The notes under the pieces are model-generated. The model made no database searches and had not been told where the DNA came from. It saw only the letters and a program-made list of their open reading frames with translations. A stretch of DNA of 64,000 nucleotides from Amoebidium appalachense (taxonomy: Eukaryota; Protista; Ichthyosporea). Numbering within the stretch: position 1 is the stretch's first letter; every line of letters starts with the position of its first letter. The stretch lies in contig CAVNZM010000013.1 of the NCBI GenBank assembly GCA_963693365.1, positions 248,001 through 312,000 of the forward strand, read 5' to 3'. This document shows positions 28,443 through 40,691 of the stretch, in pieces. A program made the translations under genes and the position numbers.

Positions 28443-30498
28443 CTGCCGGGGTCTCCCCGAGGGTGCCCCACCCTTGCTAACCACACCTTCCCCCGAGGCT
28501 CAGACCCGGAGGCCCAGCCCCCCCTCGGCCACCAGCGCGGCCACCCTCTTCCCGGACCAATTCCTTGCTGAGTTTCCGGTCCTCCGTTCCTCCCCCATCG
28601 GCGCCGTTACTACAAAAACAAGCCCGGGACCCCAACTCATTCTCGACGCAGGCCCCGGCTGCTACATGGCAGTGGCAGACGTGCAGGCTGCCTTCCGGCA
28701 CATGCCCTCTCCCTTCCCCTGGGCTCAACCCCCCCTCCCCTCCCCCCCCCCCCCCCGATCTTCCCTTCCGGAGCAACGCTGGCAGATTGGCCCCCCACTT
28801 TGCTCCGGCCGTGCTGCTTCGAGCCACCACTACCCTGCAGGAGTGCCAGGCCCTGAGTCTCAACCTCGACTCTCGGGCCTTCTACTCCCGGGTGCAGAAA
28901 GTGTTCATCGATTTTTGTGGCATCTCGGCTGCCATCCTCCTCCGGGTCCTACCTCCCGGCCTCCCCACACACCGTGCAGCTCTTTCTTGCCTGGTGTGCC
29001 CAACAAGGGGTACAGGCCTCTTCCTTGGCCGGCTACAATTCGGCTATCACCAGACTCCACCTCGACATGGGACTTCCGGCTCCCTACCCCCACGACAAGT
29101 CTCTCGCCTGGTTCCTACAAGGGGTGGGCAGATGGCAGCTTTTCTCACAACATCCGACCCCGATCATCTCCCAGAGAACCCCTCCTGCCCTCCCACCTCG
29201 GCCTACTCCATGGCCAGTGCCCCACCCAGGCCTCCTCAGCCAATCGCCGGCTTTGGACGGCCCTCATCGTCGGTTTTTGTGGTCTCCTCCGTTCGTGGGA
29301 ATTTACCTCCAAGACCCTGACTTCCTTCGACCCGTCCCGTCACGTGAAATGGAAGGACGTGACCTTCAGCTACACCCCCACCAGTACTTTGTCCCATGCC
29401 ACCCTCCACCTGCCAACCTCCAAGATGGATGTACAGCCCTAAGTGTCAACGTCACTCTAGCTGCCCTGCCTCTCACCCACTTCTCCCCAGCCCATCTCCT
29501 CCGGCAGTTCCTGGATACGACATCCGGTCAACCTGACGACCCCCTGTTCAGTCTCGGTGGCATTCCCTACACCAAGGGTGTTTTCTCTGACGACTTCCGT
29601 GCCCTCCTCTCCCGGGCAGGCCTCTCACCCTCCCGGTTTGCCGGCCACAGCCTCCGAATTGGGGGGGCCACAGCCCTGGCCGAGGCCGGGGTCGACGACT
29701 CCAGGATCCAACAACTTGGCAGATGATCTTCCGACTGTTCCCTGATCTATACTCGACTTCGCCGGCCCCCATGGCTGCCACTAACAAACGTGTATTTGCC
29801 TCTATCCTTAAGTGAAACCTTTGGAGCAAGCATACTGCTCTCGTGCCGTGGTTTACAACCATTGCAGGTTCACTTTCGTCCAAGGGGATGTCCCCCTAGA
29901 GGCAACACACGTCCCGGAGTAGTTTTCATAGAGGTTTTATTTGTGGAATTTATTGACATAAATATTTTTCTGGGTAAACACGTAGGATGGGTGTTCGATA
30001 TTGACATAACCATGTAGGCTTCGTTTCGTGTTTTAGCAGTTCGCGATTGGCCGCTCGCACACGGGCACCTATTAGCTAATCAAAACATCAGATTCCACAT
30101 ATCGCTAGACCGATTTTGATTGGTTCGATTCAGATTCACATATCACTGGATCGATTTTCAATTGGCTCAGGTCGGTAGGCTTAGGTATATAAGCAAGACA
30201 GTTTTCAGCAGATCAGCAAGCTACAAACACATCTTCTGTGTTGAGCACCTACAGCCCTTACGGCTATACATTTTCTTTTCACCCACCCACCTACACCCAC
30301 ACTCACCCCCATTGATCCACACATGCGTGCTGTTTTTTCACGGGGCGAAGACTTCCCCCGTTTTTTGGGCACAAGGACCTCACGGATCAATAAATTGATG
30401 ACTGGGGGCTTGCCGTGGTTTACAACCATTGCAGGTTCACTTTCGTCCAAGGGGATGTCCCCCTAGAGGCAACACACGTCCCGGAGTAGTTTTCATAG
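25565..30498 (+). mobile_element. Ngaro-type copy N2, non-autonomous twin of N1
   Basis: A1 25565-25913, B1 29844-29931, A2 29933-30281, spacer, B2 30411-30498; RT deleted, YR broken. Confidence 0.92.
27300..28380 (+). repeat. Triplicated ~360-bp segment inside N2 (also in N1 at ~4620-5680)
   Basis: gatagaacataggggctagg recurs at ~27310, 27668, 28034. Confidence 0.88.
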
Positions 30499-30499
30499 A

Positions 30500-30530
30500 T
30501 GGCGGGAAACTTTCCCCGCCAACGCGTAAC
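30500..30530 (+). promoter_or_regulatory. Palindromic E2F-like sites plus ACGCGT upstream of the THAP ORF
   Basis: tggcgggaaa-c-tttccccgcca, then acgcgt, ~180 bp before the ATG; motif match only. Confidence 0.3.
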
Positions 30531-30706
30531 ACGTGCAGCAGCGTACTACCATTTTTCCACCAACCCTTAGAAGGGGAAAAAGAGGGTTTTCGCATAAAAA
30601 GTTTATTACATACAACAATTGTTTGTTAGCTCACGCACATTTTTGCTTAGGTGCAGGATGTGCTGCCGGCTAACGGCCCTACGTGGGCCTGCACAGTAGC
30701 GAAAAA

Positions 30707-31132
30707 ATGGTCCAGAAGTGTAACCACGCTCTCTGTTCCAAAAAACAGAAAAACGGTGTTCCTAAGTTTGTACAAATAAAGGGTCCTGAGTATGCAACTG
30801 AGGTTTTTCTTAGGGTGGGACGCACTGAAGAATGGGTCGAATTAAAGAAAAACAGTAAAAACGTGCGTCTTTGCCGCGACCACTTTGATGATGACCAGTT
30901 TGAGAATGGTGACCGTGAAAACAAACCTCTAAAACCCAAGGCCCTTCCGCGAGCGTGGTCGGATGATGTAAGCAACGGACGCCTAGCGGTGCCTGAGGGT
31001 GTCGAAATACCCGGGTATAACAAGGAGGAGGCTGAGCGTAAAAGGAAACTAGACACAGAGCGCAGAGAGAGAGCTGCAAAACGAGCGAGAGATGAGATGG
31101 TGGAGGTGGTGGAGGAGGAGGCAAAAAAATAA
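30707..31132 (+). CDS. THAP zinc-finger protein (probable transposase N-terminus; no DDE domain follows)
   Basis: MVQKCNHALC...RLCRDHFDDDQF...LKPKALP fits C2CH THAP with AVP-like box, then a charged coiled coil. Confidence 0.8.
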   Translation: MVQKCNHALCSKKQKNGVPKFVQIKGPEYATEVFLRVGRTEEWVELKKNSKNVRLCRDHFDDDQFENGDRENKPLKPKALPRAWSDDVSNGRLAVPEGVEIPGYNKEEAERKRKLDTERRERAAKRARDEMVEVVEEEAKK

Positions 31133-31169
31133 AGAGCACGTATTGGCATGGGTTCGAGGTTCATTAAAT

Positions 31170-31940
<771 letters not shown>

Positions 31941-32151
31941 TGGCATCGTTACGTCCTGCTGTTAGCATTTGGGCACTCACAAAGGAATAGTCGTGACTAT
32001 GTAGAAATATTTTTCATACATATTACTCACACCATATATGTGTTATGTTCACATTCATTCATTGTTTACTTTTCACTGTTACTCTACTAGTATGCGGCAA
32101 GCGCCACTGTTTACATTCTTACAAATTATTCAGATACAGACCGAATATAAA

Positions 32152-34146
32152 TCAGTCATACTTAACGTAAATATTTACAGAATGATTTTCACGAAGTTCT
32201 TTTTGAATCTCTTTCATTCTTTTCATAGGCCCCTCCCCCAACACGGACCACGCAGGCACTTTATATGGAAGGAGGGGCTTCTTGCTCCATTTTCTTTTTA
32301 CCTTCGGTGGCTTCCCCTTTTCAGCCTGTTTACGAACCATTTTTCTAAAGTTCCAATCTTGTATGTACTGTGTGTGTGTTTCTACAAGCAATCGTGCATT
32401 AGGCCGCAACCAGTAGCATGGAATCCCAGTGCAAGAGGGGTCTTCATGCGACGCGTGCAACACTATTTGTGTGATGATGGAGCACGTGCAACCTGTGTGT
32501 GTACAGCACTTGCTCTCCCCAGCAAGGCATTTGCAGTCTGTGAAAAGTATCTCCGTTATAACCCCCCCAGTCTGCTGCTCTACATTCTCAGCCGGCGTTG
32601 TGGACCCCCCTGTTACAGCAAACGCCATATGCACAAGCCTCCACTGCTTGGTATCTCGCACCCCAACGCCGGCACTCTTTGGCACCCGCACCCTCACCAT
32701 TTGCGCCACACACGGCGCTGCAGGGTTACACCCTTTCTGCACACTACACACGTGGCCCTTAGTGCTTGCACTAACATTAGACCCAAAGTGCCACCCAAAC
32801 CCGTGCAAAACTCTCATGCTCCGCTCCCGCTTGATTCCCTTTAGTACACCTGAGAAATTGTTGCGTGGTTGACCGGTTACATCTCTTGCATGTACAAAGT
32901 ACTCCAAAACAACGTCCTCAGGCAGTGTGGGAAGGACATACTCGGATGTCAGTACCTCAAAATCCGTGACCCATCCCCCACGAGGGAACCCGTCGGGTAT
33001 TGCTGATATTGCGATGGTTGGTTTGATGAGTTTATGGATATCAGCCACCTTCGGTGGGTACTCTAAGTACTCTCCCCTTGCATATAACTCCGGTGTCCCT
33101 GCGTGTGGCAGCCGCTTGTGTGCATTTTCTACCGAACCCGCAAAATCAACAAACTCAGGAACGACACCGTGTGGAACCGTGTAACGGGTGACAAACTTTT
33201 TGGTGGCCGGGTCATAAACAGCCTGGAAGCGCATGGCAGCATCGGTGCGGGAGTGCATCCACAAGAAATCCGCCTCTGTTGTTTTATATTTTTCCTTCGA
33301 AGCAACCTCCTCCGCAAGTGAATATATCGAGTCTTCGTTCACTGTATTTATCAGTTTGACGGCTGTAGACCACCCGACGGACGGTATCTTGGCATTGTAA
33401 TCTGTGCCTACCATTTGACAGGCCCATTGAAACTGGTTAATGCTCATGTTAGAAAAGTCACAACCGTTTTTGTGCTCACCCCTGTGGTCACGCTGAATGG
33501 TGTCGTGGCTGACTACACACCCCATTGCCGCCATCACTTTCTGCTTGTTTTCGTCCTCCGTTTCAGCGTACGTGTACTTGTATATGAGTGAGAGGTGTTC
33601 CATTTCACTGCCGTAGTAAATGTAGTCACTGTCCAACGCAATAATGTGATCTATGTGGCCTATTTGTTGTAGGTGCAGAAGTTGGTGGTCAGCCTCGTAC
33701 GGTGCGAGTATGTATTCTATCTCATTTGCCCGCAGTGTGTCCATAACCAGGCGTACCAGGCCGGAGGGGGGGCTGACAGCCTTAGCATACTCTCCGGCGT
33801 TGTATGCATTCTTCTTGTTAGTAATTCTTTCAGCCCTCGTGTGCTCTTTACTGGGTGCCGGTTCTCCATCAAAAACACACACCGGAATACAGTTGAGCTC
33901 TGAAACGTATGAACTAATCTTTTCCAGAATGGAGTTTGTGATGTTTGCCCATATTTTGGATGGCATGTTAATGTTGTCGTGGTTGTATTTTGCTACGTGT
34001 TGGGAAAAGGTGGACTGAGCGATCACGTTGTATATAACGGTTGACACGTCAATGCCTATTCTATGACCAGAGAGTGAGTTGGGAAGAAAGCAGGCGCGTT
34101 TCTGTTCTGAAACGCCCAAAGCAGGCAGTAAACCTTCGACACCCAT
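32152..34146 (-). CDS. Exo1/XPG(FEN1)-family 5' nuclease fused to a C-terminal SWIM zinc finger, 664 aa
   Basis: MGVEGLL, RIGIDVS, VFDG, APYEADHQL, DSDY, GTDYNAKIPSVG (H3TH), FQAVYDP; then CKCLAG..CCTH and SCTGIPCYW.RP. Confidence 0.9.
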   Translation of the reverse strand: MGVEGLLPALGVSEQKRACFLPNSLSGHRIGIDVSTVIYNVIAQSTFSQHVAKYNHDNINMPSKIWANITNSILEKISSYVSELNCIPVCVFDGEPAPSKEHTRAERITNKKNAYNAGEYAKAVSPPSGLVRLVMDTLRANEIEYILAPYEADHQLLHLQQIGHIDHIIALDSDYIYYGSEMEHLSLIYKYTYAETEDENKQKVMAAMGCVVSHDTIQRDHRGEHKNGCDFSNMSINQFQWACQMVGTDYNAKIPSVGWSTAVKLINTVNEDSIYSLAEEVASKEKYKTTEADFLWMHSRTDAAMRFQAVYDPATKKFVTRYTVPHGVVPEFVDFAGSVENAHKRLPHAGTPELYARGEYLEYPPKVADIHKLIKPTIAISAIPDGFPRGGWVTDFEVLTSEYVLPTLPEDVVLEYFVHARDVTGQPRNNFSGVLKGIKRERSMRVLHGFGWHFGSNVSASTKGHVCSVQKGCNPAAPCVAQMVRVRVPKSAGVGVRDTKQWRLVHMAFAVTGGSTTPAENVEQQTGGVITEILFTDCKCLAGESKCCTHTGCTCSIITQIVLHASHEDPSCTGIPCYWLRPNARLLVETHTQYIQDWNFRKMVRKQAEKGKPPKVKRKWSKKPLLPYKVPAWSVLGEGPMKRMKEIQKELRENHSVNIYVKYD

Positions 34147-35143
34147 GGTGTATTGCGAGTGTTGTGAAAGTGGGTGTGTGATTCACTCAAAGATCAGCCC
34201 AATTTTTTTTGAAAAACTTAAACATAAAACTACAGTTAAAGAGACAAAAATTTTGCAAGTTTATGCTTCACAGCTACAGTATGACAGCGTGTGGGAGTCG
34301 AAGCGAACGTGAAGGCTTTATGCAGCTGCACACGAAACGTTGGCGTGGGGACCGCCGTCTGATTGCAGGCCCTATGGCTGCCAACCTCGGGAGTTTGAGC
34401 GAAGTAAAAAATTGATCGATTTTGGTATAGTAGATCCAAAGTGGTCCATATAATGCCGGCTAAAACCAACTAAATCCTCCTCCAATTCAAGCAACACATC
34501 ATCACTCACACCCAATCCCTGCCCACGAAGACTCACACCCTCGATACCTACGTGCAACATACCTACCTGTGGTGCCTGCACGGGTGGGGTGGGGTGTGTA
34601 TGTGGTGTGGGTGGTGGTGGAGTGTGTGTGTGTGATGTGTGGGTGGGTGGTGTGTGTGTGTTTGGTGTATGTGTGGGTGTGTGTGTGGGTGTAGGTGTGT
34701 CTGCAACCGTCGTATGTGGTTGTGGTGGTGTGTTTCTACGTGTCTGTGCCTTCCCCCCCTTCCCCCTTTACTCGTGTGTGTCCCCCCCCTTCCCGGAAAC
34801 AATGGCACAGAAACCCCCTCCGGTGTGGTGAGAACAAACACCGGGTTGGGACAAGAAACACTGAGACCATCCACTTGTGGCTGGGGAACCTCCCCCAACC
34901 ACAAAACATTCACACCATTCATACCTTTGGTAGAGTCACCCCACAAACATTCATGCCATACCACCTCGACGCTGTCTTGAGGACCCACGACGATGCCCGG
35001 CTCCCACACGTATCGGGGCGGTGAGGGGGCAAAGGGAAGCTTAACCTGGGGTGGGGGAGGGTAAAGGTTCTCTGCAACCTGGGGGGGACCGATACTGTCC
35101 CCCCCCCTCCCTCAGTGACCCCAGCTTCCCCCTCCCCCGGAAC

Positions 35144-36478
35144 TCAATAGCTCTTGTAACTACGGCAATATGCAGCAGAGTGCCCTTGCCGGCCACAAAA
35201 GTAACATGCACCAAAGAAGGGGCCAGGGGGGACTTCAAAACCTTGGCGCAGAGCATAACCGGGAGCCCGGTCGTGCTGGGGGGGCCCACCGTGTGCACCA
35301 CGGCCCCCCCTTCCCCCCTGCCCCCCTCGGCCTCTCTCACCACCATTTCCACCCCTCCCTCTACCCTGCCCACCACCACGAGCAAGATAAGGGGCAAACC
35401 TCTCGGTGAACTGCTGCTGTTGTCCTCCACGTCCACCTCGGCCACGACCGCCGTGTCCACCCCGGTCGCCGCCACGGCCACCCCGGAAGCCGAAGCCCCC
35501 TCGGCCCGAAAAGACGGCCTGGGAGAGCTCGGCAACCTGCTTGACCAACATGGTGAGTGCATCTGGCTGTTCACCCTCTTTTTTCTCTTTTTCCCCCTTC
35601 TGTCCACTCTCCTTCTTTTTCTTGTCTACTTCCATCACCTCCTTTTTATCCCTCTTATTGAACTTCACCTCGTGCATGGCAAGCAAGTGACGTTTAACAT
35701 GCAACACCACCTCATCTACATCATCATGCTCCCCAAACATGCGTGCAGTGTCTGTGTTTACAGAGAGAGCCTTACGAGCAAACTCGAATTTTTCCCTATC
35801 ACTCACGTCACCAGCTAACTCACAAAGGTCTTCAAAGACCCGATATTCCCTCTCAAAGAATGCACGAGCTTCTACGGGGGACATATCTAAAGTGGGAAAG
35901 GTATACTTCCATTCTCTGAGCTGGGCCCGGAAGGTACGGCGCCGGTCGGCCGTCAGGTATCGGCCGACGAGCCGGGCCGTATACTCGAGCTCGTTTTCCG
36001 GCCGTGTGAAGGCCTCGAGCTCCCCGTCCACGTCGTCGGTGTTGTTCTCCTCTTCGTCGTCGGGGATGAATCGTGCGGCCAGACGTTTCTGGCCGAGGGT
36101 CCGGGACACCATCTCGTCCCTCCCCTCGTCGTACTGCTGCTCGTATATACGAGCCGTCACCTGGGGGGCCTGCTCGGCCCGGTACGGGTGCTCCTCCATC
36201 AGGGTGCATAAGTCGGCCATTGTTTTGTGGTCGATGCACTGTTTGATCATTAAGCACGAGGCCGCCACAGTGGGGGCCTTCTTTGTGTCTAACACTAGTG
36301 TGGGTGTGTTAGCTAGAAGTGTCCTAAGCCACCTAGGTATTTCCGAGTCGTGTTTGAGTGTAAAACTGAAAGCTGTGGTCTGTCTAACGTCTAGTGTATG
36401 AACCTGTGGTACCTGTGTGTGCAGGGAGCTATCCTCCGCTGCCAATGCGTAGAACATGTCTACGTTAAACTTAGCCAT
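35144..36478 (-). CDS. Gypsy Gag, 444 aa
   Basis: First ORF after the 5' LTR; RGG-rich region; CYFCGRQGHSAAYC zinc knuckle. Confidence 0.9.
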   Translation of the reverse strand: MAKFNVDMFYALAAEDSSLHTQVPQVHTLDVRQTTAFSFTLKHDSEIPRWLRTLLANTPTLVLDTKKAPTVAASCLMIKQCIDHKTMADLCTLMEEHPYRAEQAPQVTARIYEQQYDEGRDEMVSRTLGQKRLAARFIPDDEEENNTDDVDGELEAFTRPENELEYTARLVGRYLTADRRRTFRAQLREWKYTFPTLDMSPVEARAFFEREYRVFEDLCELAGDVSDREKFEFARKALSVNTDTARMFGEHDDVDEVVLHVKRHLLAMHEVKFNKRDKKEVMEVDKKKKESGQKGEKEKKEGEQPDALTMLVKQVAELSQAVFSGRGGFGFRGGRGGDRGGHGGRGRGGRGGQQQQFTERFAPYLARGGGQGRGRGGNGGERGRGGQGGRGGRGAHGGPPQHDRAPGYALRQGFEVPPGPFFGACYFCGRQGHSAAYCRSYKSY

Positions 36479-36573
36479 TGTGTGGTGTTCGGGTGGTTGT
36501 GTTTATGTTCTTTTTTTTTTTTTTTTTTTTTTTTTTCTGTGTGTTTGAGGTGTAGCAACAGCCCAGAAGGAAC

Positions 36574-37337
36574 TGTCACCGCGTTACCCTAGCGCGAAAA
36601 ACCGCACTAACAGAAAGGTGTAGCTTGTCGTATCCTAATGTATATGTACTAGAGACGCGGCACTCTATTAAGTGTACACACACGAAAAGGAACGAACGTG
36701 TACAGAAAAACGGTAAAGTTTATTCAGACCAGGCTCCGACGGGCAAACTTAGATCCGTACGGAATCACACTAAGTTCCCACTGAGGCCATCCAGGCCGTG
36801 CCCTACAAGATCATCATCACCTGGCCCCCTACGATGCCACATTCCGTACATTCCGATCTAACTTTATCGTGCGCCTGCACGAGCTAAGTCGATCGGCTCA
36901 CACTAATATATTTATCTAAGTCTCACCCCTCTCCCTTCCCCTAGTGGCACCGCAGAGTCTAATTCTACATTTCATACTATCTCCCTCCCCCCTCCCTCCC
37001 CCCTTTCCTCTGTCATCGAAATATATAAATACGTTTGGCAGCATACACTATCAAAACTTGCCAATATTTACAAAGGGCTTCTGCCCGAACAATCACATTC
37101 CTAAGTCCTCCTACGATCTATCCTACACACTAATTAGAATTCTATTGGTCGGCTGTCCCAGCTGACGTGGTCCTGCCCTGCGCCGGCAGAGGCAAGATGA
37201 TGCACGCAGCTGCACAGCGATCTTGAGGCCCCGGACTTGATCTTGATGATCTGTGGACCCGGGCCAACCCCCCCCCCCCCCCCCCGATCTCGATCGTAGA
37301 CTTAGGCTAATCTGCTGAGAAGGATTAGTATATGTCA
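36574..37337 (-). repeat. Gypsy 5' LTR (inner boundary tentative)
   Basis: TGACA...TGACA on minus; ~565 bp shared with the other LTR. Confidence 0.8.
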
Positions 37338-38676
37338 GGGCCCCCCCACTACAGCCCCTGGATTGTTGACGACATGGAGGCACTGGCGCTGATGCTGTAC
37401 GGCCATCACCTCGACCCCCAGTGGGTACCCGTAGGCTGCTACAAGCTACCGGAGGAGTACTTCAACTTTGCCCCGCTCTCCTGTGTGGCCAATGCCCCGG
37501 CGCAGGAGCCAGTTGCGGTGCCCGCACCCCCACCTCCGTCTGATAACATCGAGCCTGCAGCCAATGGCGTGATGGGCGGGCCAGAGGACTGTGAGGTCGA
37601 GGAGGGTGACGGTGCTGCCATGGGGGGGGGCAACCAGGTGGCGCGTGGTGCACCACAGCCGGACCCTGCACTGAGGGGCGACTACAAGTTCCTGGCGCAG
37701 AAGCAACATGTGGCCATCCCCTTCCTTCCGGTGCTTACCCCTCAGGAGCGCAAGCTATTCAGCACGCTGCTCCTGGGCACCTACAAGGCACATGCAAAGC
37801 CCAACGGCCAGCTGTTCGAGGCTTTGGCCCAAGACTTCAACAAGGCTGCCTCTGTGGCTGGGGGAATCTACATGAAGGATGCGGCCTACATCAAGAAGCA
37901 TTTCGACAAGTGGAAGACCTGGCAGACGGCACATGCACAGCGCTCCACACACGAGGGCCTGGCAGATCACCGCAAGCGTATGCGCGAGGAGAGGGCAGAC
38001 GCTGTGCCGGCAACCATACGGCCTGCCCCCCTGCCACCCCTCCCTGTTCCAGACGGTGTCGATGCAGGGGCGCAGCGTGAGCGGCCCTTGCCCATGCTAG
38101 TGGGCAAAAAGCATCGCAACATCAATGATTGGCCCTGAGGGGCCCCTGCAGATGGATTTGCCGGTGCCCCCTCCTATGCAGCCACCCCAGAGAGCCCCCA
38201 AGACCTGCAAGACGTGTGGCCGCCAGGGCAAGGGCTGCCCCGGCTCCAATCGGGCCAAGAGCTGCCCACGTTGGGTTGCAGCCAATCAGGATGCCATGCC
38301 ACCAGCACCCGCGCTTGACATGCAGCAGGGCCATGTGCCGCACATGCCCCCTGCACCCCATCCAGGCCCGCACCACCCACATGGCTGGCCCCCACCGTGG
38401 GGCATCATGCCGCCTCAGCCCGGCCCTGCCTTCCCCATGCCTGGGCTACTGCCGCAGCACGGTCCCCATCCTTACTTGGGCCATGTGGGCCAGCCCTCGG
38501 CTGGTGGGCAGTTCCCACCCCCTTCTCGTGCATCTGCTGTGCTGGGCCTGGCGTTGCCACCTGCTGGAGAGACGCAGCTGCAATGGCACGATCGAAAGCA
38601 AAGTAATCGTGGCCGCAAGTCTGCAGGCAGCCAATCAGGATCTCAGAGTAGTCAGAGTAGCCAAACTAGTGTCTAA
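37338..38676 (+). pseudogene. C-terminal part of an unknown, probably transposon-associated protein cut by the Gypsy insertion
   Basis: GC-rich coding-like frame starting exactly at the LTR edge (HYSPW, YKFLA..Q..PFLPV.T..E.KLF, IYMK...W); CKTCG..CPG..C cluster after a frame change. Confidence 0.5.
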
Positions 38677-39104
38677 TATTGGAATGTACACCAATGTAAC
38701 GGATCTCATATGTGTTGTAGCGCTTCAAGTTATACCTGTTCTTCGTACAGTCATGTTAGGGGGGGGGGGGGGGGGGGGCTAGCTTTCATTCCGAAGTTTA
38801 CTGTTAAGAATTAAAATTTAGAATCTGAGTAATAGTACAGAGCCTTTGCACTTTTCTCTGTTTGTTAGGAATTCTTTGTGATCGAGAGTATGGTGTGTTA
38901 GACTATTGGTGTTAATGTGTCCTGGAAGGTGTATAATGTCTGCTGGCCGTAGTCAGTATTTATTTTTAGGTATATAGTATATTTTTAAATGTTGGCCGCT
39001 GGCCAATAAATAGCAAATAATAAACACACGATAAAGTCAACAGCGTGCCAAAAAACTAATCCCCAGCGAGCGCACCCAGTGATGTGTGTGTGTGTGTGTG
39101 TGTC

Positions 39105-39172
<68 letters not shown>

Positions 39173-39193
39173 CGCGCGTGCGTGCGTGTGTGC

Positions 39194-39224
<31 letters not shown>

Positions 39225-39506
39225 TGTGTGCGTGTGTGCGTGTGTGTGTGAGTGTGTGTGTATGTGTGTGTATGTGTGGTGTGGTGTGTGCGCGGCTTGT
39301 ACATATGTACGTGTTCATGTGCACCTGTGTCGGACCTACGAAGTACATGAAAGTAAATTTTGACAGCATCGATCTGCCGGTGTGTCGCACACATCGATTC
39401 AAATGTCGCTCTTTATTATCTGCTAATAAATAGTATCCTTCGCGCATCCACCCCTAAACCAGGCCATCCGTGGCCCTAAGGGCCGGGGAACACCCCCATC
39501 CATGTC

Positions 39507-40691
39507 ATGGCACATGCCTATAATCGTTTCAGAACCTCTTTCAAAGTTCCATCTACACCCATCACACATGTGCGACCATTAAAACGTCCAGCAGATACAC
39601 CTACCACAGATGCACAACCAGAAAAACATCGCCTTAGACTAAGCGCAACACCTATTTACAATACACTACCCATTCAGAATAACACCACACCACTCCGTAG
39701 AAACACAATAACAACCATGCCGAAACTTTCGGTTGATACAGTACTGGCAGAACTTGCCCTCGTTAAGAAACAGCTAAATGAGCTGTTACCACTCAAGAAC
39801 ATGATAGAAAAACTCCAAACAGAAAATACCCAACTCAAGCTCACCATTGATTCACTCACAGCCCAGCTAAACATTAGTGGATCGCAAAACCCCAAAACTC
39901 ATGAGCAAACATCTCGCGACGGAGACATTTCCACCCCAACACAAAACAACACAGGACCGGAAGCACAGCTCCCGGCAGAGTTCCTAGAATATGCGAACTC
40001 TCGTAAAACACCCGAGCTCCGCCAAATTGCCAAGGAAACATATGCCAGCATTCTTGCAGGCAACGAGTACCGCCGCAACTCCCCTCCCAAACCGCCGGCT
40101 AAGGGGAACACCCAAGCAAACGGTAACATCAACATCCCACCCAAATACGAGAGGGTGTATTTCAAAGTCAAGCACGGCAGACGCCCACACAGGGCCATGT
40201 GGCCCATCTTCAAGGCTCTCGGCTTCCGGTGCTCTCGCATCCTTTGTCTGTCCTTCATTGGATACGATGTGCTGGAAGTAGCAGTACGGGGCGACTATAA
40301 CCGTGCGTTCATCCGTGACGCGACAAAGGGGTGTGGAAGCTTCTTCACCCACCTCCCAAGCTACGACCCATGCGCGCCGGAAAACATTCAGAAAGCAGAC
40401 AAAGAACGTAAAGTGTCTGCTAAGAATGCGTGCGCCACACGTTGTCGTGTACGCATCAGCAAGGCAAAAGAGTTCCTCGCAAAGTTGGAAAACGATGCTA
40501 CGAGCGTGATAGACACGGACACGAAGGAACCAATGTTTTCTGGTGAGAAACTGCTCGAGCGCAAACGCCGATGCGAGATGGAAATCGAGCTCTTCTGCGA
40601 ACTGTTCGCGCTGGCGGAAGGTCGTGCATACGACCCCGTAAGCGACAAGTGGGAACCAACCCCACAGGTGTCGGACCAAACCGATGCCTAA
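39507..40691 (+). CDS. LINE ORF1, intact, 394 aa
   Basis: Coiled coil, TYASIL motif, overlaps the ORF2 start by 8 nt. Confidence 0.88.
   Translation: MAHAYNRFRTSFKVPSTPITHVRPLKRPADTPTTDAQPEKHRLRLSATPIYNTLPIQNNTTPLRRNTITTMPKLSVDTVLAELALVKKQLNELLPLKNMIEKLQTENTQLKLTIDSLTAQLNISGSQNPKTHEQTSRDGDISTPTQNNTGPEAQLPAEFLEYANSRKTPELRQIAKETYASILAGNEYRRNSPPKPPAKGNTQANGNINIPPKYERVYFKVKHGRRPHRAMWPIFKALGFRCSRILCLSFIGYDVLEVAVRGDYNRAFIRDATKGCGSFFTHLPSYDPCAPENIQKADKERKVSAKNACATRCRVRISKAKEFLAKLENDATSVIDTDTKEPMFSGEKLLERKRRCEMEIELFCELFALAEGRAYDPVSDKWEPTPQVSDQTDA

Noticed and set aside
32152-34146. Ordinary host EXO1 gene
   Set aside because: Lies between TIRs inside a Gypsy pol gene and ends in a SWIM module; gene symbol withheld
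35051-36401. Plus-strand ORFs of 220-255 aa
   Set aside because: Antisense shadows of the GC-rich gag
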